Origin: Azolla caroliniana
Lineage: Eukaryota; Plantae; Polypodiophyta
Direction: 5' to 3'
Assembly: GCA_043228905.1 (NCBI GenBank)
Contig: JBHGNT010000011.1
Span: forward strand, 12,896,001-12,960,000
Length of the DNA stretch: 64,000 nt
In this document: piece after piece, positions 11,478 through 21,183 of the stretch
Layout: each line of letters opens with the position of its first letter
Numbering within the stretch: the stretch's first letter is position 1
Position numbers and translations under genes: made by a program
The notes under the pieces: model-generated
Databases searched by the model: none
What the model saw: the letters and a program-made list of their open reading frames with translations, nothing else
Told to the model about the DNA's origin: nothing

Positions 11478-14114
11478 CTAAACATGGTGCGTTGAACAAA
11501 GACATGAGATATTTTTTGAATTACTGTCAATAATTCCTGCATCCAGTTGTATGAATTCAACCTTTAAAGTATTACTCAGCATGCCATTAGCTGTGAAAAG
11601 GTCAGCCATCAGGGAATAAGCCGGAGCACAACTACTATCTAGTCGTATTACCTCATGAAATGCCATTCTCCCAATGTTCACATCTCCCCATTTCCTACAA
11701 GCACCCAACAATGCAAGCCAAACTGTTGGATAATCCCGACAAGGCATTGCTTCGATCACAGACGTTGCCTTGTTCAAATGTCCGGCCAATCCGTAAACAA
11801 CTACCATACAACTATGGTGCTCTAACTCAGGCGCTATGCCATATTCTCTAGTCATTTCCCTGAAATGCATTTCAGCCTCTTGCCAGTGCCCTAAGTGACA
11901 ACATGCACATAAAACTGACAGGAACGTGATAGCATTGGGAGTCATAATATTCTCTCTTTGTATTTTCCTGAACAAGTTAAGCGCTTCATAACTTTTCCCG
12001 TTTTTGACATACCCTGCAATTAATATGTTCCAAGAGGCTATCTCTTGGAAAGGAAGTTCTTCGAGCACTTGCTGTGCCTTTGAGAGATTGTTGCATTTTG
12101 TATACATATCTACCAATGCGCTGCTGATCACATTGCTTTTTTCTAACAAGCCCATATTGTGAATCTCATTGTGAATTTCTTTGCCCTTCTCAATTGCCCC
12201 TGTATTGCCACATGCCTTCAAAATGCAAATGAATGTGACTAAATCTGGGACAAACCCCTTACATTGCATCATTTTGAAACAGTTAAATGCTTTGACATCT
12301 TGCCCTCCTTGAACATACCCAGAAATTAGTGCATTCCAAGAGGCAACACTTTGAGCACAAACACTATCATGCAAACTCTGTGCTTTTACAAGTAGACCAC
12401 ATTTGGCAAACATATCCACTAACGCAGTACCAAGAACAACATTTTTGTCCAACAAGCCTCTAGCGACAATCTCATCATAAATTTTCTCACCGTTATCAAT
12501 AGCCTCTATGGTCTTACATGCCTTTAAGATGCATGTGAAAGTAACAGAATCAGGAGAGACTCCGTCACCTTGCATCTTTCCAAAACATTCTAGTGCATCG
12601 TGAGCTTTTCCGTATTGGTTACATCCTGCAATTAATGCATTCCAAGAGACCACGTCCTGGTGAGGAAGCTCTTTTAGAACTTGGTATGCTTTTACAAGCA
12701 CACCACACTTGGCATACATGTCTACAAGAGCTGTGCCAAGTTCAACATTATCCTCTAGAAAACCCATACTCATGATCTCATCATGAATTAATCGGCCCTT
12801 GCCAATTGCTCCAATGTTACCACATGCCTTCAAGACAAAAACAAAGGTTATTGCATCAGGATAAAAACCCTCACTTCGCATTTGTTCGAAACAATTTAAT
12901 GCATCGTTAAATTGCTCGTATTGACTATATCCTGCAATGAGCACTGACCACAAGACAACATCCCGAACAACAAGTTGTTCTAGAACCTGCCGTGCTTTTA
13001 CAAGCAAGCCACATTTCACGTACATATCCACCAAAGCGGTGCCAAGCACGATATTCTTGCTCAAAACCCCTCTATTCACAATCTCATCATGAACTTGTAT
13101 ACCTTTGTCAACAGCTCTTGTGCTAGCACAAGCTTTCAAGATACAAACAAAGGTAACTTCATCGGGAGAGAATCCCTCATTGATCATTTGATCAAAACAC
13201 TTCAATGCTTCTAAACCATGCCCATGTTTGGCATAACCAGCAATGAGTGCTGACCAGGAGACTACACTCCTAGACAAAGGAATCTCTTCCAACACTTCCT
13301 TTGCGTTCTCCAACATACCACATTTCACATACATATCCACCAAAGCATTGCTAAGCATCACATTCTTCTGAAGAAGACCCTGATCTATAATCTCTTTATG
13401 AATCCATTTTCCCTTCTCAATATTTCCTATATGGCCACAAGCTTTCAAGACATAAACATATGTGATTACATCTGGAGAGAAGCCCTCACTTTGCATCTCT
13501 CTGAAGCAATGGAGACCTTCATGATCCCTTCCATGTTGGATGTACCCCCCAATAAGTGCATTCCAAGTAACAGCATCTCGAACAAAAAGATCTTCAAGAA
13601 CTTTGTGTGCTTTCTCTAGCATACCACAATTAGCATACATATCCACCAAAGCAGTGCCCATCATCACATTCTTCTCTAAGAAATCCCTGAAGATAGCCTC
13701 ACAATGTATTTGACTTCCCTTCCGTATATCTTTTATACCTCCACAACCTTTCAAAACACATATTAAAGTGACTGAATCGGGCAATAAACCCTCAATTAGC
13801 ATTCGATCAAAACAATTCCGAGCTTCGTGGCCTCGCATTTGTCGAGAATAGCCTGAAATCAATGCATTCCAGGAGACTACATTTCGGATCTGAACCTCAT
13901 CATGTACTCGATGTGCATTGCTAAGGTCGCCACATTTGGCATACATATGGATCAAAGTAGTAGTTAAGTGAGGGCTCTTCTCAAGAAGAAAACCTCTTCT
14001 AAGAAGGTGAGCATGTATTCTACTGCCTTGAGACAAATCCTTCTTTTGGGCACAATTCTTGAGCAAAGCTATGGTGTTTTTTCCATGGACACTAGTACTA
14101 ACTCTGCTTCTCAT
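11478..14114 (-). CDS. PLS-class pentatricopeptide repeat protein with E extension and no DYW domain (878 aa, intronless), probable organellar RNA-editing specificity factor
   Basis: Seven recurring ALVDMYxKCG / VVSWNALIxGY / PDxVTFxCILKAC triplets, then FLSVLCACCHLG, P.LEHHSCMVVVYGLAG and E-domain VWLALLGACRKWGD...AYSLMADLF. No HSE or CxxC deaminase motifs before the stop. Confidence 0.95.
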   Translation of the reverse strand: MRSRVSTSVHGKNTIALLKNCAQKKDLSQGSRIHAHLLRRGFLLEKSPHLTTTLIHMYAKCGDLSNAHRVHDEVQIRNVVSWNALISGYSRQMRGHEARNCFDRMLIEGLLPDSVTLICVLKGCGGIKDIRKGSQIHCEAIFRDFLEKNVMMGTALVDMYANCGMLEKAHKVLEDLFVRDAVTWNALIGGYIQHGRDHEGLHCFREMQSEGFSPDVITYVYVLKACGHIGNIEKGKWIHKEIIDQGLLQKNVMLSNALVDMYVKCGMLENAKEVLEEIPLSRSVVSWSALIAGYAKHGHGLEALKCFDQMINEGFSPDEVTFVCILKACASTRAVDKGIQVHDEIVNRGVLSKNIVLGTALVDMYVKCGLLVKARQVLEQLVVRDVVLWSVLIAGYSQYEQFNDALNCFEQMRSEGFYPDAITFVFVLKACGNIGAIGKGRLIHDEIMSMGFLEDNVELGTALVDMYAKCGVLVKAYQVLKELPHQDVVSWNALIAGCNQYGKAHDALECFGKMQGDGVSPDSVTFTCILKACKTIEAIDNGEKIYDEIVARGLLDKNVVLGTALVDMFAKCGLLVKAQSLHDSVCAQSVASWNALISGYVQGGQDVKAFNCFKMMQCKGFVPDLVTFICILKACGNTGAIEKGKEIHNEIHNMGLLEKSNVISSALVDMYTKCNNLSKAQQVLEELPFQEIASWNILIAGYVKNGKSYEALNLFRKIQRENIMTPNAITFLSVLCACCHLGHWQEAEMHFREMTREYGIAPELEHHSCMVVVYGLAGHLNKATSVIEAMPCRDYPTVWLALLGACRKWGDVNIGRMAFHEVIRLDSSCAPAYSLMADLFTANGMLSNTLKVEFIQLDAGIIDSNSKNISCLCSTHHV

Positions 14115-14290
14115 GGCAACACCTCCCTTTAGCCATATCCCTGTTCCAACCTCCCTTGATGTCGTGCCTCGAGTATTTCAGTCTCCATTAGTCTCTCTGT
14201 GTTTGGGTTGCCTTCTTCTGATATGATCATTGATGGTCTCCTTACACAGGAATCCATTCTGACATTAAGACAAAGGTAAATCTGGGATCC

Positions 14291-14299
14291 TTATTTATA
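14291..14299 (-). promoter_or_regulatory. Candidate TATA box of the PPR gene
   Basis: TATAAATAA on the minus strand about 180 bp upstream of the PPR ATG. Confidence 0.4.
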
Positions 14300-14495
14300 G
14301 CAGTTGATGGGATAGGGCTAGGTTCTAGGTTTTGGTTGGAGTGGGGCCAAAATGGCCAAAGGTCCTACTAACTCAATCAAGACTTTGTTGACGTAAAGGA
14401 AGTTGTGGGTGTATGGTAAGCAGCTTTTGTTTAGGCTGGCATGGAACCTAACTAACTATTCAGGGATAGATCCATTTATTAGGCAATAAATTCTA

Positions 14496-14808
14496 GGGAA
14501 AAGTACCAGGATACCCTTGGAAGTTCGTCTATTTACCAGAATGCCCCTAAAAGTTCTAAATTTACCAAACTACCCCTATGTCCAAAAAAATACACTTTAT
14601 AAAGTAATTATACACTCAAATCTACAAGCCCTATTTACCAGAATACCCTTCAAACACAAATTTCTTTACTTAAGCGATTCTTTGGGTCCTTTGTACTTAC
14701 TTTATAAAGTGTATTTTTTTGGACATAGGGGTAGTTTGGTCAATTTGGAACTTCTAGGGGCATTCTCGTAAATAGACGAATTTCCAGGGGTATCCTCGTA
14801 CTTTTCCC
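14496..14808. mobile_element. Mutator-like MITE (313 bp)
   Basis: Imperfect terminal inverted repeats of ~110 bp (GGGAAAAGTAC.AGGATACCC... / ...GGGTATCCTCGTACTTTTCCC) and a perfect 9-bp TSD TAAATTCTA at 14487-14495 and 14809-14817. Confidence 0.92.
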
Positions 14809-14999
14809 TAAATTCTAATATCCTGTGCAGTTAGATAGACACGTATGTCTAGTTCAAAGAACATTTCATGAATGGCATTTCAATATTAGAGTCAAACAAG
14901 GTCTTACTCCAAACTATGGGAAAGGAAACAATCATGTCTAGTGATTGCTTGTGCATTGAGCCTTGCCTATTCGTACGTGGTTGCACACAATGGGTGCAT

Positions 15000-15452
15000 T
15001 GTTAGAGTTATGGTCTAACATAAGCATATGATAAGGATAAAATATAGATAAACATAAGAAAGGAGAGAGAGAAAGAAGGGTGTTGATCCACCCGACCACC
15101 CCCGAGCGAAGGGATCGAGACGGACTCGAGCCTCGATCAACGTCCCATACCACCGCTGTGGCATTGAGTCGTACCTAGTGCTGGCGCGCTCACCACAAGA
15201 GTTGACCCACCACAACGTTAGAGTCTCAACGTAGTCAAAAGATGATGAAATGAGGGTAGCTAGGCCTCATATTTATAGCGATACCCAAGGCCACCAGGCA
15301 AGTTCACACTTGGCCTAATGAGTTATCTCAATCTCGAGGATTAAAAGTAATCCTCCCCTTCTTTACACTCTCGTTTAACCCTCACACTTATCCACGTGTA
15401 TATATTATAGTAAATTCTCACCACGGGATATTCTATGGTCATGCACGTAACA
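15000..15452 (-). repeat. Full 3' LTR of the chromovirus (453 bp)
   Basis: TG...CA ends. Positions 15187-15452 match 20915-21183 at roughly 90-95% by eye. Confidence 0.92.
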
Positions 15453-18400
15453 TATTCCCCTTCTTTAAAACATTGCACTCTTATAATGGAAAGTTAGGGA
15501 GGTTAGTTCTAAGAGTATTTTCACGTTCCCATGTGGCATCTTTGATAGATTTATCCATCCATTTAAATTTTAAATTCTTGGATTATTTTAGTACGTAGAT
15601 TTTTTGTTTTAACATCGAGAATTCTTTCTGGTACATGTGGTTTAGAAGATAATTCTTCAGAAGTAACCAAAGTTTCAGTTGTAATTGTATTGTCACCAAA
15701 ACCTAGAAGTTCTTTTAGACAACTTACATGAAAAACTAGATGAATTTCAACGCCATCGGGAAGAGCGAAATGATAGGGTGATGAACCAATGTGTTTGAGG
15801 ACTTAAAAAGGTCCACAAAACCGTGGGGCTAACTTAGCGCACTTACCCGTAGACAATGTCGTAGAATTGTGAGGTACACGTAAAAATACATTATGTCTAG
15901 AGTTGAATACACAAGGTTGCCTATTATGATCGGCACAAAAACGCGCTCTATCTTGAGCTATTTTTATATTATCTCGTGCATGATGTATATTAACATCAAT
16001 CGGGGCTCGTGGCTGAAAACCATACATCAACATAAAAGGGTTATATCCCTTCGACGTATGCTTGGAGTTGTTATAAGCAAACGCCAAAATTGGGAGATAA
16101 CATTCCCATTTTGTTGGTTTTGCACCAATGTATGCTCGAAGCATGTCCTCAATAATTTGATTTACTCGTTCTGTCTATCCATCGGATTGAGGATGATCCA
16201 TGGAGCCAATGCTCAACGTAGTTTCTAACTTCTTAAAGACTTGCATCCAAAAGTCACTAGTAAACTTTGGATCTCGATCACTCACGATATCCATCGGTAA
16301 CCCATAAAAACGAAATAACTCGTCAACGAATTGGTAAGCCAATTCAGGAGCTGTTACCGTGGTTTTAATAGCAATAAATATGGTCATTTTAGTTTGTCTA
16401 TCAACCACAAACTAGATGACATCATGACCTTTTTGGGTGCGAGGAAGGCTAACAATAAAATCCATGGATATACTTTCTCATTTATAATTGGGAATTTCCA
16501 AGGGATGTAAAAGTCGAGTGGCTTTAAGTCATTCGGCTTTGTTAACCTGACAGTGGTGACATTTAGTCACATAGCTATGTATGTCAGGACGCATCTTAGG
16601 CCAATAGAATTGAGTGGAGATGAGAACAAGTGTACGATGTATTCCAAGGTGCCCTGTTGAGGGTGCATCATGGCATTCAAAAAGAATTCTCTTTTTGACC
16701 TCAGGCAAATCTGGAACACAAACCTTCCCATTACAGTAGAGCAGATTGTTAGCAATGTGGAAGGATTCCTTCGAGGATGTGGTAGTGTTTGTTCTAGACT
16801 CAACTCTTGCCCAGTATTTCGCAAAATAACTGTCATCAGGATACTTTCCTCGAAGGTGATCATAAAGATTTGATGTTATTTCAGTGAAGCTAATCATGTT
16901 AACTTCACGGATGCGACTTAGTGCATCAGCGACATTATTCATGGAACCTTTACGATATCGTATGGAAAAATCAAAGTCCTGGATGAGATCAACCTATTGT
17001 GCCTTACGACCTTTCAGGTCTTGTTGGTCATAAAAATATTTCAAGGACTCATGGTCCGTAGTTACCACAAAACAATTTCCATAAAGATAATGGTGTCATG
17101 TTTTGAGCGCATGTATAACTGCAAATAATTCCTTTTCTTAAACCGAATGCCGACATTGAGTAGAATCAAGTTTCTTTCTCTCGAATGTTATTGGTTTACC
17201 ATCTTGATTTAAGACAACAGTTATAGCATAATCGCTTGCATCGGTTTCAACTTCAAAGTGTTTTGAAGGATCGAGTAAAAGAAGCGAAGGAGCCTTGCAC
17301 ACCAGGTCCTTGAGTTCCTTAAAAGCGAGGTCTAGTGTAACATTCCACATGATAGGTTTTGTAGACTTATGTGTTAGACCTTTTTGAAGATTAGTAAACG
17401 GCGTCGTCAATTGGGAGTAATTACGAAGGGATTTTCACAAAAACCCGACGAAACCAAGGAATGATCGAATTTCTCGAATATTCCAAAGAGTGGGCCAAAG
17501 TTTGATTTTCTATCAATTTCAACTCCTCATTCGGTTATGAGATGTCCAAGATAAGTAATTGATTTCTTGAAGAACTCACATTTTGAGATCTTCGCATAGA
17601 ATTGCTTGTCGCGCAATGTTTGTAAAACAAAGCAGACATGTTTAGCATGTTCTTCTAATGTTTGACTATAAACTAAAATATCATCCAAGAAAATAACGAC
17701 GAATTTTCCAAGTTGTTCTCAGAAAATGTCATTCATTTCTTGTTGAAATGTGGCCGGAGCATTGGTCAAACCAAAAGGCATAACCAAAAACTCATAATGG
17801 TCATAACGTGTACGGAATAACGTTTTAGGAACATCGTACTCACTTATACGAATTTGATAGTAGCTCGTACATAGATCAAGTTTCGTAAAGTATCGTGCTC
17901 CCTAGAAACGGTCAATTAGATCATTAGCCCAAGGCAATGGATATGAATTCTTGATCGTCACTTTTTTCAAGCGTTTGTAATTAATACACATACACCATGT
18001 GCCCTCTTTCTTATTTACCAAGAGAACATGCGCACCCCATGGAGATTTACGATAACGTATATAACCCATTCGTAAATAGTCCTTGAGTTACTTAGATACC
18101 TCATCCTCTTCAGATCGACTTAAGCGATAAGGAGGTATACTTATTGGTGCAACGCCAGGTACAATATCTATACGATGGTCTATATTACGTTTAGGAGGTA
18201 ACCCATGTGGTAGTTCACTCGGAAAAACGTCATGAAAATCATTTAAGATTTTATCGAGTTGTTGTTGTTCAACATATGTCAATTGACCCGAGACGTTATC
18301 AATATTATAAGCGTGAATGTTCAAATCAAGTACACAATAAAATAAAGAAGAACAAGACAACTCAGATATTGATGGAGAGGAAACAATTGAAAGGGATTGT

Positions 18401-20240
18401 TTATTTACACATTGAATAAAATGTGTACAATCGTTTAGTACAAAGGAAATGGAATGACGAACCCAATCAATAGACAAAGACGAGTTTTTATTATAAAACC
18501 AGGGATAACCCAGTATTACATCAGTTGTACAAAGATTCCTTACATGGAAGTCTACTTCCTCTACATAAGTATCAATAGAAATTCCTAATGAATGAATTGC
18601 CCCGTTGATGTATTGTACTCTTCCATCAGCCAAGTGCACCTTATAGGTGTGATCACTTACGGTGGGTTGGATTCCCCATAGCCGAACCAAACAATTATTC
18701 AAAAAGTTGTGTGAGCTTCCCCAATCAAATAAAAATTGTATGAGAGATCCATTGATATACCCGTTTGCACATAGTAAATCATTGGGTCCCAATACATAGT
18801 GAGGGAAAGAACATTGACAATTACTTAAATGATGTGTATAGACCTCAAGGACATTAGGAATCTGACCTTTATGGTCTGCAACTTTTGCTTTGTTGTCGTG
18901 CTCTTTCCGTTGGAGCTTTTGACATTGTTCTTTGGTATGACCCTTCTTTTTGCAGAATATGCAAAAAGGATGTTGTCGCTTACAATCGCGATCCATGAAT
19001 TCGTTGGGTGTCTTGCGTTTCCCAACTAATTGCGATCGCGTAGTCGCGGGCGCTTTGTTGGGTTTGTTATGGTCCTTCTTCGAAGTGCATTTATAGCGAA
19101 GAACTATTTCAACGGCCTCTTCAAAGGATTTTGGATCCTTATCGTGCACTATCCAGTGATAGTTCGAATTGGGGATGCCATTGACAAAACAAGGTATTAA
19201 CCAATTGTCCCCTTCAAGACCCTATTTTTGGATTTGGGCTCTAACATGGTGAACATAGTCTTCTAGAGAAGAAAACTTCCTACTAGAGAGGTTCATTAAA
19301 GCTTGTGTTGCCTCGGTTCAAGAGGGAGGTTGCAGAAATTGGCCCTTGAAAACTATGACAAAATCTGTCCAAGTATCAGGCAACTTCCCCAAAGTTCAGA
19401 GCCCACGCCACCAGGCGGCGGCCTTACCCCCTAGTTCTCAGCCGACATATGCAATCTTTGTACTATCTGGCATGGGATAGATCTCAAAATGAGACTCCCA
19501 TCGGCCCAGGCACGTGCAGATTGCTTCTTCGGTTCTTTCCTTTTTTTCTCCCGTAAATGGCTTTACGACAAATGATGGTTCACCCTAACGCTCATCGGGT
19601 CTATTAGTGTCACATTGTAAACTAATGACACGTGCCTCAAGAGCACTTTGAGATTGCCGAAGTTCGGACATCTGATGAGTGGTTGAACTAAGGAAATGTT
19701 GTATTTGTAAAAAATATGACTCGATGGACATTGGCCTAGGAGGATTTCCTTGAGTTCCTTCCGCTTGAGCGGATGATATCAGGTCGTTATTTTGAGCCAT
19801 TGAATGATTATTTCTGGCAAAAAATTAGGATAAGGTTAGACAAATAGTCATAACATCATGTCGTGATGTCAACATATCATGGGCCAACATTAATCGATAT
19901 CATGATCTCACGTCAATACCCCTCTAGATGTATGAGATAAAGTTCAAGATCAAGTTACTATGGTAACACAAAGGTGTTTTAAAAACCATGGGGGTGACAA
20001 ATGAATGTCTTTCCCTGATCTCTATATCGATTTTTCATGGGGGCTCCCCGAGGCTCAACCATGTATGTTCGTGTCATGAATAGTTTGTACTCGAAAAAAA
20101 TGTTAACAATAAACTATGTTTTTGTGCCCAGATATATGATTTTAGCTCTTTAAGTCCCTCTTACGAGGACCCCAAAGTGCACTTAGACCTAAAGTTTAAA
20201 CATGTATTATAGTCATGTGTATCAACAATGTTGTATGGGC

Positions 20241-20300
20241 TTGGTCATATTTGAACTCGAGACCTCGAGAACAAATTCATTAACCACTTGAGCTAACCAA
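20241..20300 (-). other. Degenerate tRNA-like / Pol III A-box and B-box cassette
   Basis: Minus strand reads TTGGTTAGCTCAAGTGGTTAATG...GAGGTCTCGAGTTCAAATATGACCAA, with A-box TAGCTCAAGTGG and B-box GAGTTCAAAT. No intact anticodon arm. Confidence 0.5.
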
Positions 20301-20914
20301 ATAGGTTGCTCGTGTTGAATGGTTAACGATTTATATGAGGCATTTGCCCGTATATGTTTTTTTAAAAGAAACATATATGTCAAGAGTCGTTATTTCCCTC
20401 TCATTTACCACAAACTATGTTGGTACGTTACCTAACCTCAAGTCTCATAATTACAATGGCATATGCCAAAGTGCAACCTAATGGTCAAGCCAAATGAGCC
20501 CTCTTTTCATAGTAGGCCCATGTGGCCCATCACATGGTTACGTCATTACGAATGCCTTTCGTAAGAATGATCTCATGGTGGCATCGTATCCATGTAATGA
20601 GGGAGGGATGTTGGATATGTGTCTCATAGGAGCGACCTCACATGAAGTGGGTCAAGCCCTACATTCTCAATATCATTGTGGCTAAGAGCATTTTGTTACG
20701 TAACGAAATCGAAGAGACCAACGAGGATGTCAACAAAAAAAATTGTTGAAAAAAAGAATGGTGACTATGCCATTCTCACAAAAATGTGAGGACAGACACC
20801 AAGATCCGTTCCCTGAAAAGGACAACATTTGATATATAAATCACGTAATAACTAATATACACATACATATATTTATCACACATATACGTTCAAATACGTA
20901 TACACGTGACCACA

Positions 20915-21183
20915 CGCTCGCTACAAGAGTTGACCCACCACAACATCAGAGTCTCAACGTAGTCAAAAGATGATGAAATGAGGGTAGCTAGGCCTCATAT
21001 TTATAGCCATACCCAAGGCCCCTAGGCAAGTTCACACTTGGCCTAATGGGTTGTCTCAATCCCGAGGGTTAAAAGTAATCTTCCCCTTCTTTACACTCTC
21101 GTTTAACCCTCACACTTATCCACGTGTATAGAATACTACGGTAAATTCTCACCACGGGATATTATATGGTCATGCCCGTAACA
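20915..21183 (-). repeat. Truncated 5' LTR of the chromovirus (U5 end and PBS missing)
   Basis: Homology to the 3' LTR begins at CGCTC (20915). The ~187 bp equivalent to 15000-15186 is absent and no reverse TGGTATCAGAGC is visible. Confidence 0.88.

Larger units (their letters stand above)
15000..21183 (-). mobile_element. Ty3/gypsy chromovirus LTR retrotransposon, degenerate (gag-PR-RT-RH-INT-chromodomain)
   Basis: TGTTA...TAACA termini with 5-bp TSD TGCAT (14995-14999, 21184-21188). 3' LTR 15000-15452 with reverse PPT TATTCCCCTTC; truncated 5' LTR 20915-21183. Zinc knuckle CIFCKKKGHTKEQC, protease [25 protein letters not shown] and FLDDILVYS, RNase H VETDASDYA, integrase HDAP..GH.G...C..CQ, SDRDPKFTS, GPF, and chromodomain PERILD...KW...DATWE at ~15500-15640. 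Many stops and frameshifts. Confidence 0.96.

Noticed and set aside
15140-15240. 5S rRNA-like (Cassandra-type) sequence in the LTR
   Set aside because: Only scattered short matches (AACTC...AGCG.GC, CCAGCACTA) in non-collinear order and no clear C-box. The element is an autonomous-type chromovirus.
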